Assembly: GCA_051294375.1 (NCBI GenBank)
Contig: CM119268.1
Coordinates: 3,041,737 to 3,105,736 of the forward strand
Source of the DNA: Paraspadella gotoi
Lineage: Eukaryota > Animalia > Chaetognatha
Length of the DNA stretch: 64,000 bases
Direction of reading: 5' to 3'
Position numbers and translations under genes: made by a program. How positions within the stretch are numbered: the stretch's first letter is position 1; each line of letters starts with the position of its first letter. Positions 1-13,619 of this stretch are shown in pieces. The notes beneath the pieces were generated by a model. That model ran no database searches. It had not been told where the DNA came from and saw only the letters and a program-made list of their open reading frames with translations.

Positions 1-1179
1 AGATTTTGCCTTTTGACTTTTTGGTTTTCGAAATATTCGCTTGATGTCGCTACTAAATTAAATCTTATATAGATGTAAAGCAACGATAGTAGTTGAAAAC
101 AAATGACGTTCCTGGAAAACGTCTTAAACATGAGCATTGGCAAATAAAATTACTAATTTATTGATTTCTTTTTTTTGTCTACCACCGACAGATAAAAATA
201 AAAAGTGAAAGAAATATTAACAGTTAAAATATGATTTTCATAGGCGGTAATCTATTTTTAGATAATAATTCGTAAATTCGTTATTTTTTAGCACACTGCT
301 TCCTCTCTTATCTTTTCCTTAACATTTCTTTTATTCTTTTTTTCTTTGTTTTTTTTTTTAATTTAAAATTCGTAAACTCTCATCAAATATTTTATATTTA
401 TTCAGATTTTTTTCTCAATTAAATTATCGTAATGTTGTAGTTCACAATGTTCTGTATTCGTATGTATGAAAATTGTAAAATATAAATATTAGCCATTTAT
501 TCAAAAACCTGTGGGTTAATCTCAACATCCCTCTTACAGGATATTAACATACGTTGATTGAAGGCTTGTAGGGCCTTCAAGCTTCCAATCAAAATTAATA
601 TAGCCTTGCCGCCGGCCGGTATCAAATATTGTTTCAGGGAAGTCAAACAATCGATTACTACGTAATTGTTATCGTGATTTTTTAATTACCCTGCAGATAG
701 GTATGATAGACAATTATCGCTTTTGAAAGTGTTAGGTGACAAATACCAGTGGCTGCGCTACAAGCGGTCGAAATCAACAACTTTTAACAAAAGATTTACA
801 ACGATAAAAACAAGTAAAATGCGAAAAAAATTCTGAGTAATATAGTTATATAATATTATATTGATAATAAATAGGAGGATTTATTTCATTATAAATTAAT
901 ACATTGAGAAGCAAGCCCATCTTTTTTTTTAATTTTACTTATATATTTTTATTTCATCATCAACGACAGAAATTGTTTATTTATCAATTGTGTTTTTACA
1001 AATTCACCTTTAGCTAAGAAGATAGCCGCCTGCAATCCACCTGCATGTTGTTTTCCGTTTTCATTTGTTCTTTTTTTTTTCTCACAATCAACATTTTATA
1101 GCCCGATGCTCTGGCTGCTCCGGCTCCGGCTCCACATCCCTGGAGTTAAGACCAAGGTGATTTGGAAGTGAACAAACCA

Positions 1180-1304
<125 letters not shown>

Positions 1305-2442
1305 ATGAGATAGAAAATGGATTAGTTAAAAGTATAGGTTGACAATAATCCTTATTTCATATTTAAGTTAAAAATCCATTGCATTTTTCTTTCGGGCGAA
1401 ATTGATGAGGGAAGACGGTTGGCCTGTGAGTCAAGTCGATATTTCACCCCGGAATTTATTTGCGGTATCATCATATACATCGGAGTTGTCTTAATTAGAA
1501 ATTAATTGTTATTATTATTATACTACTACTATATCTTACTCAACAGTGAGTAATAACCTGTTTAGTGGTTTTCTTTTGTTTCTTCGTTTTATATATTTTG
1601 TTTAATTTCATTAAAAAATTAAATTTTGAGAGGAAAATAACCGACTTTTCATGAGCTGGCGAGATAATGGGGAGCCCAGTTAGATCTCTTGTTAGTACAA
1701 AACGCTCATTAAGTAAAACCGACATGACATGACATGGCATTACCGCTAGGTAGGAATTAGGTTCAATCCCAAGCATGTCCTGTAGGAATCTTAAGCCGGT
1801 TGTTCATCCGTCTTAGGGGCCTAGAAAACCCTCAAGCTTTTGTTACAAACCCCGAACCAGTTCCATTACTGCCGAGGGGGCAAAGAAGATACGGATCAAT
1901 GTCTTCGGGCCATTTCGCGCTTTATCCATATTTTCTCATAAATGACAAACGCGTGACGTTAGCCAAGCAATCCAAGCAATCCAAGCAATCCGTTAGATTC
2001 TCCTCCCACTCTACCCTTTTATATTTTAAGGCAAACAAGGACCGAGGTTCGAGCACCAAACCGATTCATTCCTATTTTTCATTTCTTAATCATTCAAATT
2101 GACAATTTTCTTCTCATCCAAACTTTCAAAATGAACAATAAACTCGTTCAAACTTCAAATTAGAATCCCGTCTTTTAAAACGTTGCCGTCCTTGACATTT
2201 CCCATTTTCTTTTAAGCTTGAAATTTCGTCTTCCTCAAAAATACTAATTTTCTTTTTCTCTATTAACTCTTTTATTTTTTTTTAAATTCATTCGTCGACT
2301 AGAGATTTATGCATCGACATATGAATAGAATAACATTAATAATTTAACAACCGCGCGTTCGACCAACGGTTTCTTTTTCCGCGGATGGGGAATCAACAAC
2401 AACGACAACAAATCGCCCTGCGTCAACGAAAACCGCCGCCTA

Positions 2443-2540
2443 CGAGCGAACGTCAACGGGCAGCGTCAATCTCTACCATCGAACGTCAACGGGCAGCGTC
2501 AATCTCTACGAGCGAACGTCAACGGGCAGCGTCAATCTCT
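2443..2540 (+). repeat. 33-bp minisatellite, ~3 copies (GAACGTCAACGGGCAGCGTCAATCTCTAC...)
   Basis: Direct tandem repetition visible; produces the repeated ERQRAASIST peptide in the ORF track. Confidence 0.9.
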
Positions 2541-2746
2541 CGCGCCGTCGAAAATCATCGTCGAAAAGTCAAGTCGACGAACAGGCTGGTCATTTTTTAG
2601 GTTTGGGTTTGTAGTCGCCTATAGGGTGGGTTTTTGGTTGGGCCCGTTTCCGTTTTGAGGTTTGCGGTCCGAATTGGGTTTGATTTAGGGTTGGGTTGGG
2701 CATAATCTTTATCTTCTCCCTTTTCTCCATCATTATATCATATGAC

Positions 2747-2860
<114 letters not shown>

Positions 2861-4271
2861 TGACGACGAACAAAATCTTTTTCGCGTGTGATGTTTTTTT
2901 TATTAACCCCTGTGAGATTGATATCTCACCCCCCACAAAAAAAGAGAGAGGAAAAAGAGGAAAAACGAGAAAAAGAAAAGTTGCTGCGAGTTCATGAGAG
3001 TTCATGAGAAAATTCAGAATCACTTGAAGCGTCGAGCGACCGTCGCTTCCGTCAGAGACGCTTGCAGTTCTTTCCCCCCCCCCAACTTCATTGGTTCAAT
3101 AAATAGGAAGAAATAAATGAATGAATAAACAAAACAAAACAAAACAAGAAAACATAAAAAAGAAATTGAGAAACGAAACCCAATAAGTGTATATTCAGTT
3201 GCCATCATTTAAAAAAAACAAACAATTTTACCGATTTAAATAATTTATTATTACATTTTTTTTTCAAATTAATCCTTCTTCGTACATTAACGTTTTGAAT
3301 TGTAGTTTTGGCAAATTGACTTTGAGTCGGTGACCTTGATTACGCAACTCATTTTCTCCGCCGTCGAGAGACAAAGAAAAGTTTACGGTCTGACGATCAC
3401 GGATTTTTCTCTTCGATTTGATTAAGTTTCACTTCGATGGGAATTCGAAAATAAGGAAATGACGAGAATTTATTTTTTTTTTTAGAAAATCTAAAACCGA
3501 CTTTTGGGTCCGTCGGTCCGTCGGTATTAACTAATTAACTAATTAACTAATTAACTAATTAACTCTTAACTCCGATAATAACCACGAAATAAAACCATAG
3601 AGCGCTTTTGTATCATACTTGAAAAGTTACGTGATAACCTAAATGATTGATCATATGACCGGAAGTTCAATGCGGCATAATTTATGAAATACTGAGTTAT
3701 TTTAATCAATACTTGGCAGACTGGTAAGATATCAGTAAATACTTTTTGTTGTAAGTATGTTTCATACTTGTGAAGTGACGTGACCACGTAAAATTACAGT
3801 CTAGTAAACAACAAAATAAGTACATTTTATTTCGTATCATATGTTTTTAAAATTCAGAGATTCCCATAAATTCTTTAAAACTAAAACTAAAAAATGTTTA
3901 AAGTGAATACATTTTCGGAATCGCCAGGAGCTTTTTGAATTTGTACTCCATTTTGACTTATTTTGAAATTGATTTGAATGACCCTTTTTCTTAACAACTT
4001 TATAAAATGACAGTTTTATAAATAAATTGTTAGTTAATTCAATCGTTAATTTGAAGTTAAATGAAGTTGGTGTCCCAATCTCGATGTTCTTTTGTCGTCG
4101 AATCGTCGAACTTCATCGCTGACTTTTGTTTCCCGACTTTTCTAATGTTTCGTTCATTGTCACAATGACGGTGATAATGACAATGATGGCGATATTGACA
4201 ATGACAATGATATACATAAGTTCGTAGAAGGCGGGGCTTATTGCGTCTCTAGAGTTTGAAAGGTAGAAATA

Positions 4272-4359
<88 letters not shown>

Positions 4360-6020
4360 GAGAAAGAAAGAAAAAGAAAAGAAAAGTAAGAAATTTACAT
4401 GAAAGACTGAAAACGATAACCGGATAACCATTATGTAAAGATTATTAATTAATTAATTAAGTAGTAAAGTAACCACAAAGATCAATTTTTATATCATGAA
4501 AGATCAATAATTACACATCGGGGAGTTTCGAACAATTTGTATTGATTGTTCAATACTCGATAATAATGATTGTTGTATGGACAGTACAGTGGAGCACTCA
4601 AGAACAAAAAACTTATTTGAATGATTGAACAAGGATATTTAGATATGAGATAGTATGATTAATTAGTACAAAAAATATTTTGTTCATATTGTCTCGGGAA
4701 CAGAATAGTAAATTAGTAAAATATAATATATTTGTAGTAATATCCTTATAAAATAATAAATTTTAAAAATATTTTTTTTAAAACTTTTAATAAATATTCA
4801 GATTCTTCATAAAAAGTTGAATCAAAAATATAAAACATGTTATCAAAAATTATGTCATCTACAGCGTTTAAAATGAAAAAAAAATAAAAATTCATGATTT
4901 TTTTAATTTTATGTAGTACAAACTTATATATGTTAAAACGTTTTAATCATTTTTTGTGATTCAAACCTTAAAATATCATATAACATATTTTATAAATGTT
5001 TGTTTTTACGGCGAATCTAAATCTGTTCTTAAAAATAAAAAAATTATTTTAAAATTTAACAACTTTATAAGGATATTACTACAAAAAAAATTGAATTTAC
5101 TATACTGTTATGCTAAAAAGATTTTTAAAAAGATTTACAATTCATTAATTACATATCCATAGGCAGCAAAAAAATAATGTTCAATCACTCAATCTTTTCA
5201 TCACTCCACCCTAACGGACAGTAATAATAGTTTTTTTACTTTTGATTTAAATCTTAGAGAAATTGACGAAAGGCTAAATGATCGAAGTGACTTTTCTAAT
5301 GAAGCAGTTGCAGTCGTTGTCGCCCTCGGTTGTCGTCGTCGTCTTTGTCGTCGTCATCATCGTCGTTTTCGTTCTCACCGTCGTCTTCTTTATTCCATTA
5401 AGAATTTTCCAATGTACTACATATATTCTAGTTCGTCCTCGAACTTGGAAACCAGAAAAACGAGTAAGACAGATAATTACGCTGGAATTTAAAAAAAAAA
5501 GAATTTCGCCGGGTATTACGATTAGTGAAATGTCGTAAATTATTATTATATTATTAAAATCAGGATGTAACTGAAACGTAAAGAGATTTCGAAAGAGAAA
5601 GAGAATATGACGTTGCTTCCGTTTGTTGGAATTGAAGAAGTCAAAAGCTGTGAAGGAAATGAAGCTTTGACCAATCAAAAGCTGAGAACGAAATAAGTTT
5701 GGTCCAATCACGAGTCAATATGTCCATAAAATATAAAAAGTAGAATAAGATAAATATTCTTTTGGTTTCGTAACCGACTTTGTTTTTATACGATTTCATT
5801 TATAAATATGGTTTCATTTCGAAGATTATTTATTTTAATGAAAACAAGGAGAAGAGTTGATAATAGTTTTTTTTTTAGGTTTTAACGACTATATTTTATT
5901 TTTGAAAAAAATATACATCCTAAAACAATAATTGTGTTCGCTGATTTCTTTTACTTAATTTCATCACCTATTTGAATAAAATCTACTTTGTATCGTTTTT
6001 CACGACATTAAAACATAATA

Positions 6021-6491
6021 AAACAAGTTTTAGCAAACAATGTCGGATCTGCCCACGATCATTATTAATAATTAAATAATTCAAGTTAATTAATTAATTA
6101 ATTAATTAATTAATTAATTAGGCAATTAATTAATTAATTTGATCCCAAATGTTTGTTTTTAGGTCTTTTCATCACTAACCACGACAAAAGCAATGACGAT
6201 GATGAGAATAATGCCGATAACGATTGACTTGATTGATTGACTGATTAATTAATTATTGATTAATTAATTGACTAATTGATTAATTAACTGATTAATTATT
6301 TGATTTATTAATACATCCTGCATTTACATTTAATATAAAAGGAAAAAGAAGCATAATCTATTAGTAAAACAGTTTTTTTGTTTTTTCCCATTAAAACTTA
6401 TTCCTACTCTAACGATTCCATTAAAACTTGACCGACGGACCGACAAAGTGAATTATAGAGTCGGGATCTGCTGAAAAGCAGATCCGACTAA
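6021..6491 (-). mobile_element. Non-autonomous Helentron-associated (HINE/DINE-1-like) element, short copy
   Basis: Reverse complement shows the same ends as the 12.16-13.23 kb copy: GTCGGATCTGC..GCAGATCCCGAC hairpin, GTCGGTCCGTCGGTC tract, distal subTIR GCAGATCCGAC followed by ATTGTTTGCTAAAACTTGTTT. Confidence 0.7.
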
Positions 6492-7689
6492 TAAATCCTA
6501 AGATCTAAAATACAGAGAATAATTTAAATTTAATCAAGGAGAAGAATCAAATAAAACCGGTAAGACTCACCTGTAATTGCTCAAGGACTCATGCTTCGGA
6601 ATTTTAATCATAAATCTCATAGCAAAAGAAAATATTATAATTAGTATTATTATCATTGAAGATCACATTTAAATGATTAATAATTGTCTCTCGGAAACCG
6701 CTCTCGCGCATATACATAATAAGGTGGGCCATAATTTATCACTTTTTTTAATAGGAATTATGTAATATAAAATTTTTGTCCATCATATACTTTATCAATA
6801 TTTATTATCACTTTTTTTAACTAGTGAAGCACAGTCTGACATTGAAGCATTTAAATATTTATCAATGCATAGGCAAAAAAAATTTTTGTAATAAATTATT
6901 TTTTAATAACCGATTCAGATAGCCCATAAAAAGTTGTCTACACAAAGTATAATGTGTTTTTCAATAATTCTATGATAAAATTATCATCATCATCATCATA
7001 CCATAATATTTATAGTTTTTGCTAATTTTAACTAATCAAACATAGAAATTTGGAAATCTTGTAATAATATTTTTTATTTATTTTTTTCAAGCTCTACCCG
7101 AATTAAATAAAAATTCTAAATTAGAAAGAATTTTTTTCATTATTTACAGTAATACGATAAACTTTAAATGCTTCTATGTTATTAACTATATATAAAATTT
7201 AATTTTTTTAAAAAAATTCGTTATAATAATAATAAAGTTATTTATATTACAGAACTCTTACTTTTTACCTTGTTCCGCCTTGATACATAACAATAGAGCG
7301 ATTAAAGTGAATTTTATTCAGTATTACATTTATCGCGACTATGTATATTGTTCAATTGGTTTTTAACGCTCAAAGGTTACATTATTTTAACGCCACTTCC
7401 TTGTTTAGTCTGCCGGCTCCCTCGTCAATTTAGATTTTCAAGGTTAAAAATTAACTCGTTTTGCGTCTGGAATATTGAGAGGAATTTTCGATGCGGTTGA
7501 ATTCACTCGCTCAAGGCCTCCCCGGGGTCGTCGTCGTCGTTGTCGTCGTCTTTGTTGTTGTTGTTGTCGTTCGTAGACGTCTTTGTTTTGATCACCATTG
7601 GTCAAGAAAAAAATGGTGGTTTCGAATTAGAAAAGAAAAAAAAAATTAAGAAGCAGAAAACAGGTAACAATTATAAAAGTCAGTAAGAA

Positions 7690-7758
7690 AAAAAGAAAGA
7701 AAGAAAACAAGAAAGAAAAAAAGAAAGAAAGAAAGCAAGAAAGAAAGAAAGAAAGAAA

Positions 7759-7791
<33 letters not shown>

Positions 7792-7869
7792 AAAAGAAAG
7801 AAAGAAAGCAAGAAAGCAAGAAAGCAAGAAAGAAAGAAATAAAGAAATAAAGAAATAAAGAAAGAAAGC

Positions 7870-7905
<36 letters not shown>

Positions 7906-7942
7906 AATAAAGAAAGAAAGAAGCAAGAAAGAAAGAAAGAAA

Positions 7943-7987
<45 letters not shown>

Positions 7988-8075
7988 ACGAAAGAGGGGG
8001 AAAAAAACGAAAGAGGGAAAAAAGAAAGAAAAAAAAATAGAAAGAAAAGAAAAGAAAAAGAAAAAGAAAGAAAAA
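7690..8075. repeat. (GAAA)n-type low-complexity purine tract
   Basis: Degenerate GAAA tetranucleotide array; a similar one at ~4270-4390. Source of spurious F/L/S ORFs. Confidence 0.95.
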
Positions 8076-9071
8076 AAATCAACAAGAAAAACTATAAAAC
8101 TACCAACTACCAACTAACATTCAACTAAAAGTCACGAGCCAAGGCGATTAAGCTTTCTTTGCTACGATTAAGTTATTATGATTCGAGTTATTAAAATAAC
8201 CTGTTTCAGTGAAACAATATGTTATAGCTAGAGGGAAAAAACCGTATAACACTTTTATGAAATCTCGTTTGTCAACTTTTGAAAATGAGTTATGAATTTT
8301 TGAGGGGTAAAAATCCTTGCAGGTGTGAGAGGAGAAGAGAAGCAGGTTACGTAGTCACTTTGCCGAGGGAAATGTATTCAGTGTTTTGTAACAACCACAA
8401 CGACAACAAAGACTCACCAAACGTTTCACACTCACCGCAGTTTAATTATAATAATTTCTTACTTTTTAATTTGTTTTTACGTAAGATCGCTTTAAGAGGG
8501 CTTGAAAAGGTCGCAATTGTATCATTAAAAAAAAAAACATCTAATGTTAATGTTACTATTACTGTCAGCTTAGATCTTTGTAGGATCCAACTAAAAATTG
8601 GAATAGTGCAAAAGTACACAAGAAATGACAATAATTTTTTTTATTCGTCGAATAATGATAATCATATAGGTATTTTCTCAAGCTTATAAAAGAGCCTCAT
8701 GAATCATGGTAATAAAATCAATTGTTCCGCATCTGCATTATTATAATTTTTAAGATTTACCGGTTAAATCTTAAAAATTGAAGTAATTAAAGTTAAATTA
8801 ACCTATATAGTCGGTTTTAACTCGGTTTTAACTCTTTTAAATAAAACATTTAACAAATTTAAGATGATTGATTTTCTTCTTATTTTCCTTTTCGCTCTCT
8901 TTATCACTTTATCACTTTATCACTCCCTTCCTTTCTTCCTTGCTCTTCTTCTTCCCCCTTCCTCCTTCTCTCCTCTCACTCTTCCTCCCTATCTCTCCTT
9001 CTCGTCCTCATGATCAATAGTTCACGGTCGACGACAATGACATAACCTGATTAACTCGATCATCCACTCCC

Positions 9072-9166
<95 letters not shown>

Positions 9167-9329
9167 AGTTTCGTAACCTTGACATTGGCTCCTCGTCCCA
9201 TCCCTGCCGCTCCTCCTTCCTAACTTCAGCGGGTAAATTTTATTCCCTTCTTTTTTTTTCTTTCTTGAGTATTCAACCAACTGACGTCGACTTCGTCCAA
9301 ACAAAAATCATTGAACCCTGCGTAAATCG

Positions 9330-9884
9330 CACCCGATTGGTCAAGAATTCTCCTCCAACGAGAGCCGGCGGACCAATGAGAGAGCCGGTGTTTATTTTTC
9401 CACGACGTTGAGGCGCGTTCCTCTCGTACGAAGCGGAAAGGGCAGAGCGACACTCGGATTTTTGGATATCCCGAGACGTAGAAAATCCAACCCAGATCGC
9501 GTTACCCTTTGAGAAAATCCCCGGCTCTCGATTTTAAAAAAAAAGTAAAGCTGCAGCGGCGTTGGGAAGCATCAAGAGCAAGGTTACATGAGGATTTTTC
9601 AGACTTTCAGTTTTCTCGGTTTTCTCTCATTTTTGAATCTCGAGATAAAAAAAAAAAAAAATTGATATTTTTTTTAATTTGTCGTCGCTTTGCTTTTCGT
9701 CCGTATGTCAAATCCATAAACGTATTTTTACCAAATCACTAACCTAAAAAAGAATCAGCAACATCTCGTTACTACGAGAATGAGTCTCGATCCCACGATT
9801 TCTCCGTGAGCAGCGATGATCTCCGTTTCGATGCCACAGGCTCCCGCGTTCCGAGATCGCTATTTCGGCTGTTTGTCGGTAAGT
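9330..9884 (+). promoter_or_regulatory. Probable promoter and first exon of the vrille/NFIL3 gene
   Basis: CpG-rich island with CCAAT boxes (GATTGG ~9336, CCAAT ~9373) and a strong donor CG|GTAAGT at ~9878; short ATG-led ORFs at 9780 and 9816. Linkage to the 13477 acceptor is inferred. Confidence 0.45.
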
Positions 9885-10242
9885 TTGAAATCGGAGAGAT
9901 ACTTATCTTTTTTTTATGAGTACGAATCTAGATTCGGACCGGGGTCATCGTTTCCGATAGTGCTCCACTTTTTTTTTTTTAATAATGGGATACACGGTAG
10001 GAATGTTCAGTAGTGACGTGATATCACTACCCGTTGTATACGACCGTTCCTCACATCAACGCCTCGATAGCGAATTGAGCTTACTCTTCTTCTCCCGAGC
10101 CCAATGATGGCCGGTTCTAGCCCTGGTCGGAACGGTCCTTGCAAAAGAGGTAGCCGGCTGGTTGAACCCATGTTTCCCTCTCTCGCTCCAATTAATCCAG
10201 CGATGAGGGCGGACGAGGCGTGAATGGGTTTGAGAAATTATT

Positions 10243-10555
10243 TAATCTTAAACTCTTGTTTACAATCCCTCGCCACAATTTTGTTGAGACTCCCAGATTA
10301 GACCTAGATCTAATCTTAGATCTAATCTTAAACTCTTTTGTTTACAATCCCTCGCCACAATTTTGTCGAGACTCCCAGATTAGACCTCGATCTAATCTTA
10401 GTTCTAATCTTAAACTCTTTTGTTTACAATCCCTCACCACAATTTTGTCGAGACTCCCAAATTAGACCTAGATCTAATCTTAGATCTAATCTTAAAACTC
10501 TTTTCGTTTACAATCCCTCGCCACAATTTTGTCGAGACTCCCAGATTAGACCTGT
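10243..10555 (+). repeat. ~82-bp minisatellite, ~3.8 copies
   Basis: Unit ...TTTACAATCCCTCGCCACAATTTTGTCGAGACTCCCAGATTAGACC... repeated at ~82-bp period. Confidence 0.93.
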
Positions 10556-12154
10556 TTAAGGGCGGTGACTCTTATTCAATAACACTGGGTCTCTTGTTCT
10601 CTTTGGGCGGAGGCCGCAATTTGTTACGAAATCGCAGACGAATTATCTCATTTTAATACTTTTTTAATTTTTTTTTTTCGAATAGCGAATTGTACTGGAA
10701 ATGTTTTAGTTTTGGCGAATTACGTCGCAAAAATATATATCCACCTTTTCTTTATTTTTTTTTAATATCGTTTGGATATATAATCTAAAAACAATTATCG
10801 AATTTACTAAGGTTTTTTTCCGTCCGATTTACAAAAAAAAAGTGAAATCTCATCGCCTGTAACTGTATTGCAATTTGCAAGAATGCAATTTAAAATACTT
10901 GCCTACTTAAAATGTTACACTGGTCTATTCTCTGGTCCCCTTGCCCTTTCCGCGTGCTTCACGATTCTGAACCAAAATTATCTCTACAAGTTATAACTTA
11001 TAACCTAAAAACTGTTGACTAATTGAATCAAAACAGTCGGAAATTTGTATGGCACTATTTCTTGTGAATAGGTCTCAAGTAAATATCATGATAAATTAAA
11101 TGAAATGTCTGAAACACTGAATTTATAATTAACGAACAAATTTTAATGACCGACGTGATGTAACGCAATTTGGCAGCAAATTTGAAAACTCAAAAGGAAT
11201 TTTAATTATTTTTGGCAAAAGTTGAGAAGGAAAAACAACGAAATCGCGATTAGGCATTGACCTTCGAATCACAAAATGATATTTTTGTTTATCTAAAAGA
11301 AAAATTTAAAAAAAAAAAATGAAAAATAACAAAGCAAGATATTAACCTTCAGTCTATAAAGAATAAAGAGAAAATGAGTTACGCAACGCCTTTCGTTCTT
11401 TCTCTTTCTCTCTGTCTCTCTCGCTTTCTTGAGCTCTTTTCTTTTCTTGTCTACTTCTTCTGTCCTCCAGACAACTAATATTATATATAATATGATTACT
11501 TAAGACGAACTAGTATTGATATAAAAAAATAAAAAAATGAATGATATTAAAAATAATATACATACAACAGTAATTCATGGACGTTAACATGGACAAAACA
11601 ATGCATAAAATTATTCAAATTAACAAGCCATAACCTTTTCTCGATGTCTAAACGAGTAACACAACTTTTTATAATTTAATTATACTTACAAAATCTTTAT
11701 CAAGTATAATATTAATACGTATTATTAATAGATTATCTTTTTCGTCTCCTTGCAAAAAAAAGGAAAAAGAAATAATAGGCTTAACTGAATTAAAGAAGCC
11801 GAATAAACTCGGAAGCCTTTACGCAATTTCTTTTTTCTATCTTTCTTTTTTTATTATTTCTTTTTTCTTTCTTTCTTTCTCTCCATCATCCATATGTCCA
11901 TCTCTACCTGAGATGGCGGAGGAAGACTGAAAAGGCAATACGTAACGCAACCTGGTTTTTTTCTTTTCTTTTTTTCTTTGATTCTTTCTTTGTTTTTTTT
12001 TCTTCTTTTTTCTTTCTATGTTTAGATCTTTTTTCTACACAATATGAATATGGTTTCTTTCTTTTTCCTATTCTTTCTTTCTATCTTTTTTTTTATTTAT
12101 TAATTTTCTACTTATGATGGCGGAGGAAAACATTACGCGACAACTTTTTCTTTA

Positions 12155-13234
12155 TTTTTAGTCGGATCTGCTTATCAGCAGATTCCGACTCTATAATCCA
12201 CTTTGTTGGTCCGTCGGTCACCCCCGAAATCTTGTCAGGCAATCACTTAAATTATGTAAGAACATCGAATTATAATAAATTGTGCAAAAAAAAATGATGT
12301 CCGTCTCTCTGTCTGTCTGAAAGTCCGTCCCACATTTTCATTAAACTTCAGTTACTCGTGATTGGATGGATGGGTTAGAATAAAATTTTGTGTGTTGGTA
12401 GGAAAGTGTGTGATTTAGCTGGATATAAAGTTTAGATGGAATCGCGCAGGTGGAAATAAGTTTAAATGGAAATAACAAAAGTCATATTTACTTGAAGTAT
12501 TTTTACTCATAATTATTATATTGATTAAAAATTGGTTAAATATAAATTAAGATTTTATGTGTGGGTAGGGATGGCATCATAGGAGTGGTAAAGAGTTTAA
12601 GTAAGAAAACCAAAAGTTAAATTTATTTGAATTTTTAAAAGTTTCCTTCTATTTCTCTTTGATTGATTGATTGATTGATTGATTTAAGGACCAAATTATG
12701 CCAGTTGACCAAATTATTCAAGTGACCAAACTCTGAAAGTTGACCAAATTCTGCAGTTCACCAAATTATGCCAGTTGATAAAAATATGCCAGTTGATAAA
12801 AATATGCCAATTTAGCCAATTATGTCAGTTGAGCAAATTATGCTAGTTGACCAAATTATGCCAATTGACAAAATTATGTTAGTTGACCAAATAATGCAAC
12901 TTTTTTAAATTATGCAAGTTGATCAAATTATGCAAGTTGACCAAATTATGCAAGTTGACCAAATTATGCAAATTGACCAAATTATGCAAGTTGACTAAAT
13001 TATGCAAGTTGGTATTGGCGCAGCTACTGGCAATGATTGATAGATCAATTGAGTTATATATTTGTTCATATATCTATTAAGAAGTCTGTTGTGATTTGTT
13101 ATGATACAATTTGATATGATCTGTTAAGATCACAAATTGAAAGTCAGAAAATATTACCGTGATTTATCATCGGATTAGCTTATTACCGCTTAATTATCGT
13201 AAGCAGATCCGACATTGTTTGCTCAAACTTGTTT
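12155..13234 (+). mobile_element. HINE/DINE-1-like non-autonomous Helentron derivative with central 18-bp tandem array
   Basis: T-rich insertion site, 5' subTIR GTCGGATCTGC (12161) with adjacent inverted partner, GTCC/GTCT microsatellite, central tandem repeats, 3' subTIR GCAGATCCGAC (13203-13213), then GTTTGCTCAAAC stem-loop and TTGTTT. This order matches the DINE-1/HINE architecture. Confidence 0.72.
12688..13011 (+). repeat. 18-bp minisatellite (GTTGACCAAATTATGCAA)n inside the HINE
   Basis: About 17 degenerate units; a reverse-complement, more degenerate array lies at ~51145-51655. Confidence 0.93.
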
Positions 13235-13619
13235 CTTTCTTTTTTTCTATCTTTCTTTCTTACGACTTCGATTTTTTATAAAAAAAGAGTAAGATCGAAT
13301 ATTGATAATAATATTACCTTTACAATGAAAATATCCAATTCCAATCTACAACCATAAAAAATCTCTTTTTTTTTACTCTCCCTTTTTCTCCCCATTTTTT
13401 CACTAGAAATCCCCCCCCTGATTTTTCTTCTACAATTACCACACCCCCCCTTTCCCCCCACTCTCCCTCCCTTCAGCCGTCTCTTCTCCCGCCGTTCCGC
13501 CATCGATTCCTCCACCCTTCGTCGGAGAGGCGCTGCCCAAAGTCGGCGCCATCCTCGGAAACGACGCCGCTTTTAATCCGGCGCCACGAAACGGCGCCTT
13601 TCACTCTGTCGCGACGCCG

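Noticed and set aside
7627-8113. F/L/S-rich ORFs (also 4249-4431, 20464-21122 and the SLSLSL ORFs)
   Set aside because: Translations of GAAA, GTC and GA microsatellites; no coding signal.
10050-10220. Possible tRNA gene (also ~48400-48455)
   Set aside because: Only loose A/B-box-like words; no cloverleaf can be built. At most a decayed SINE head.
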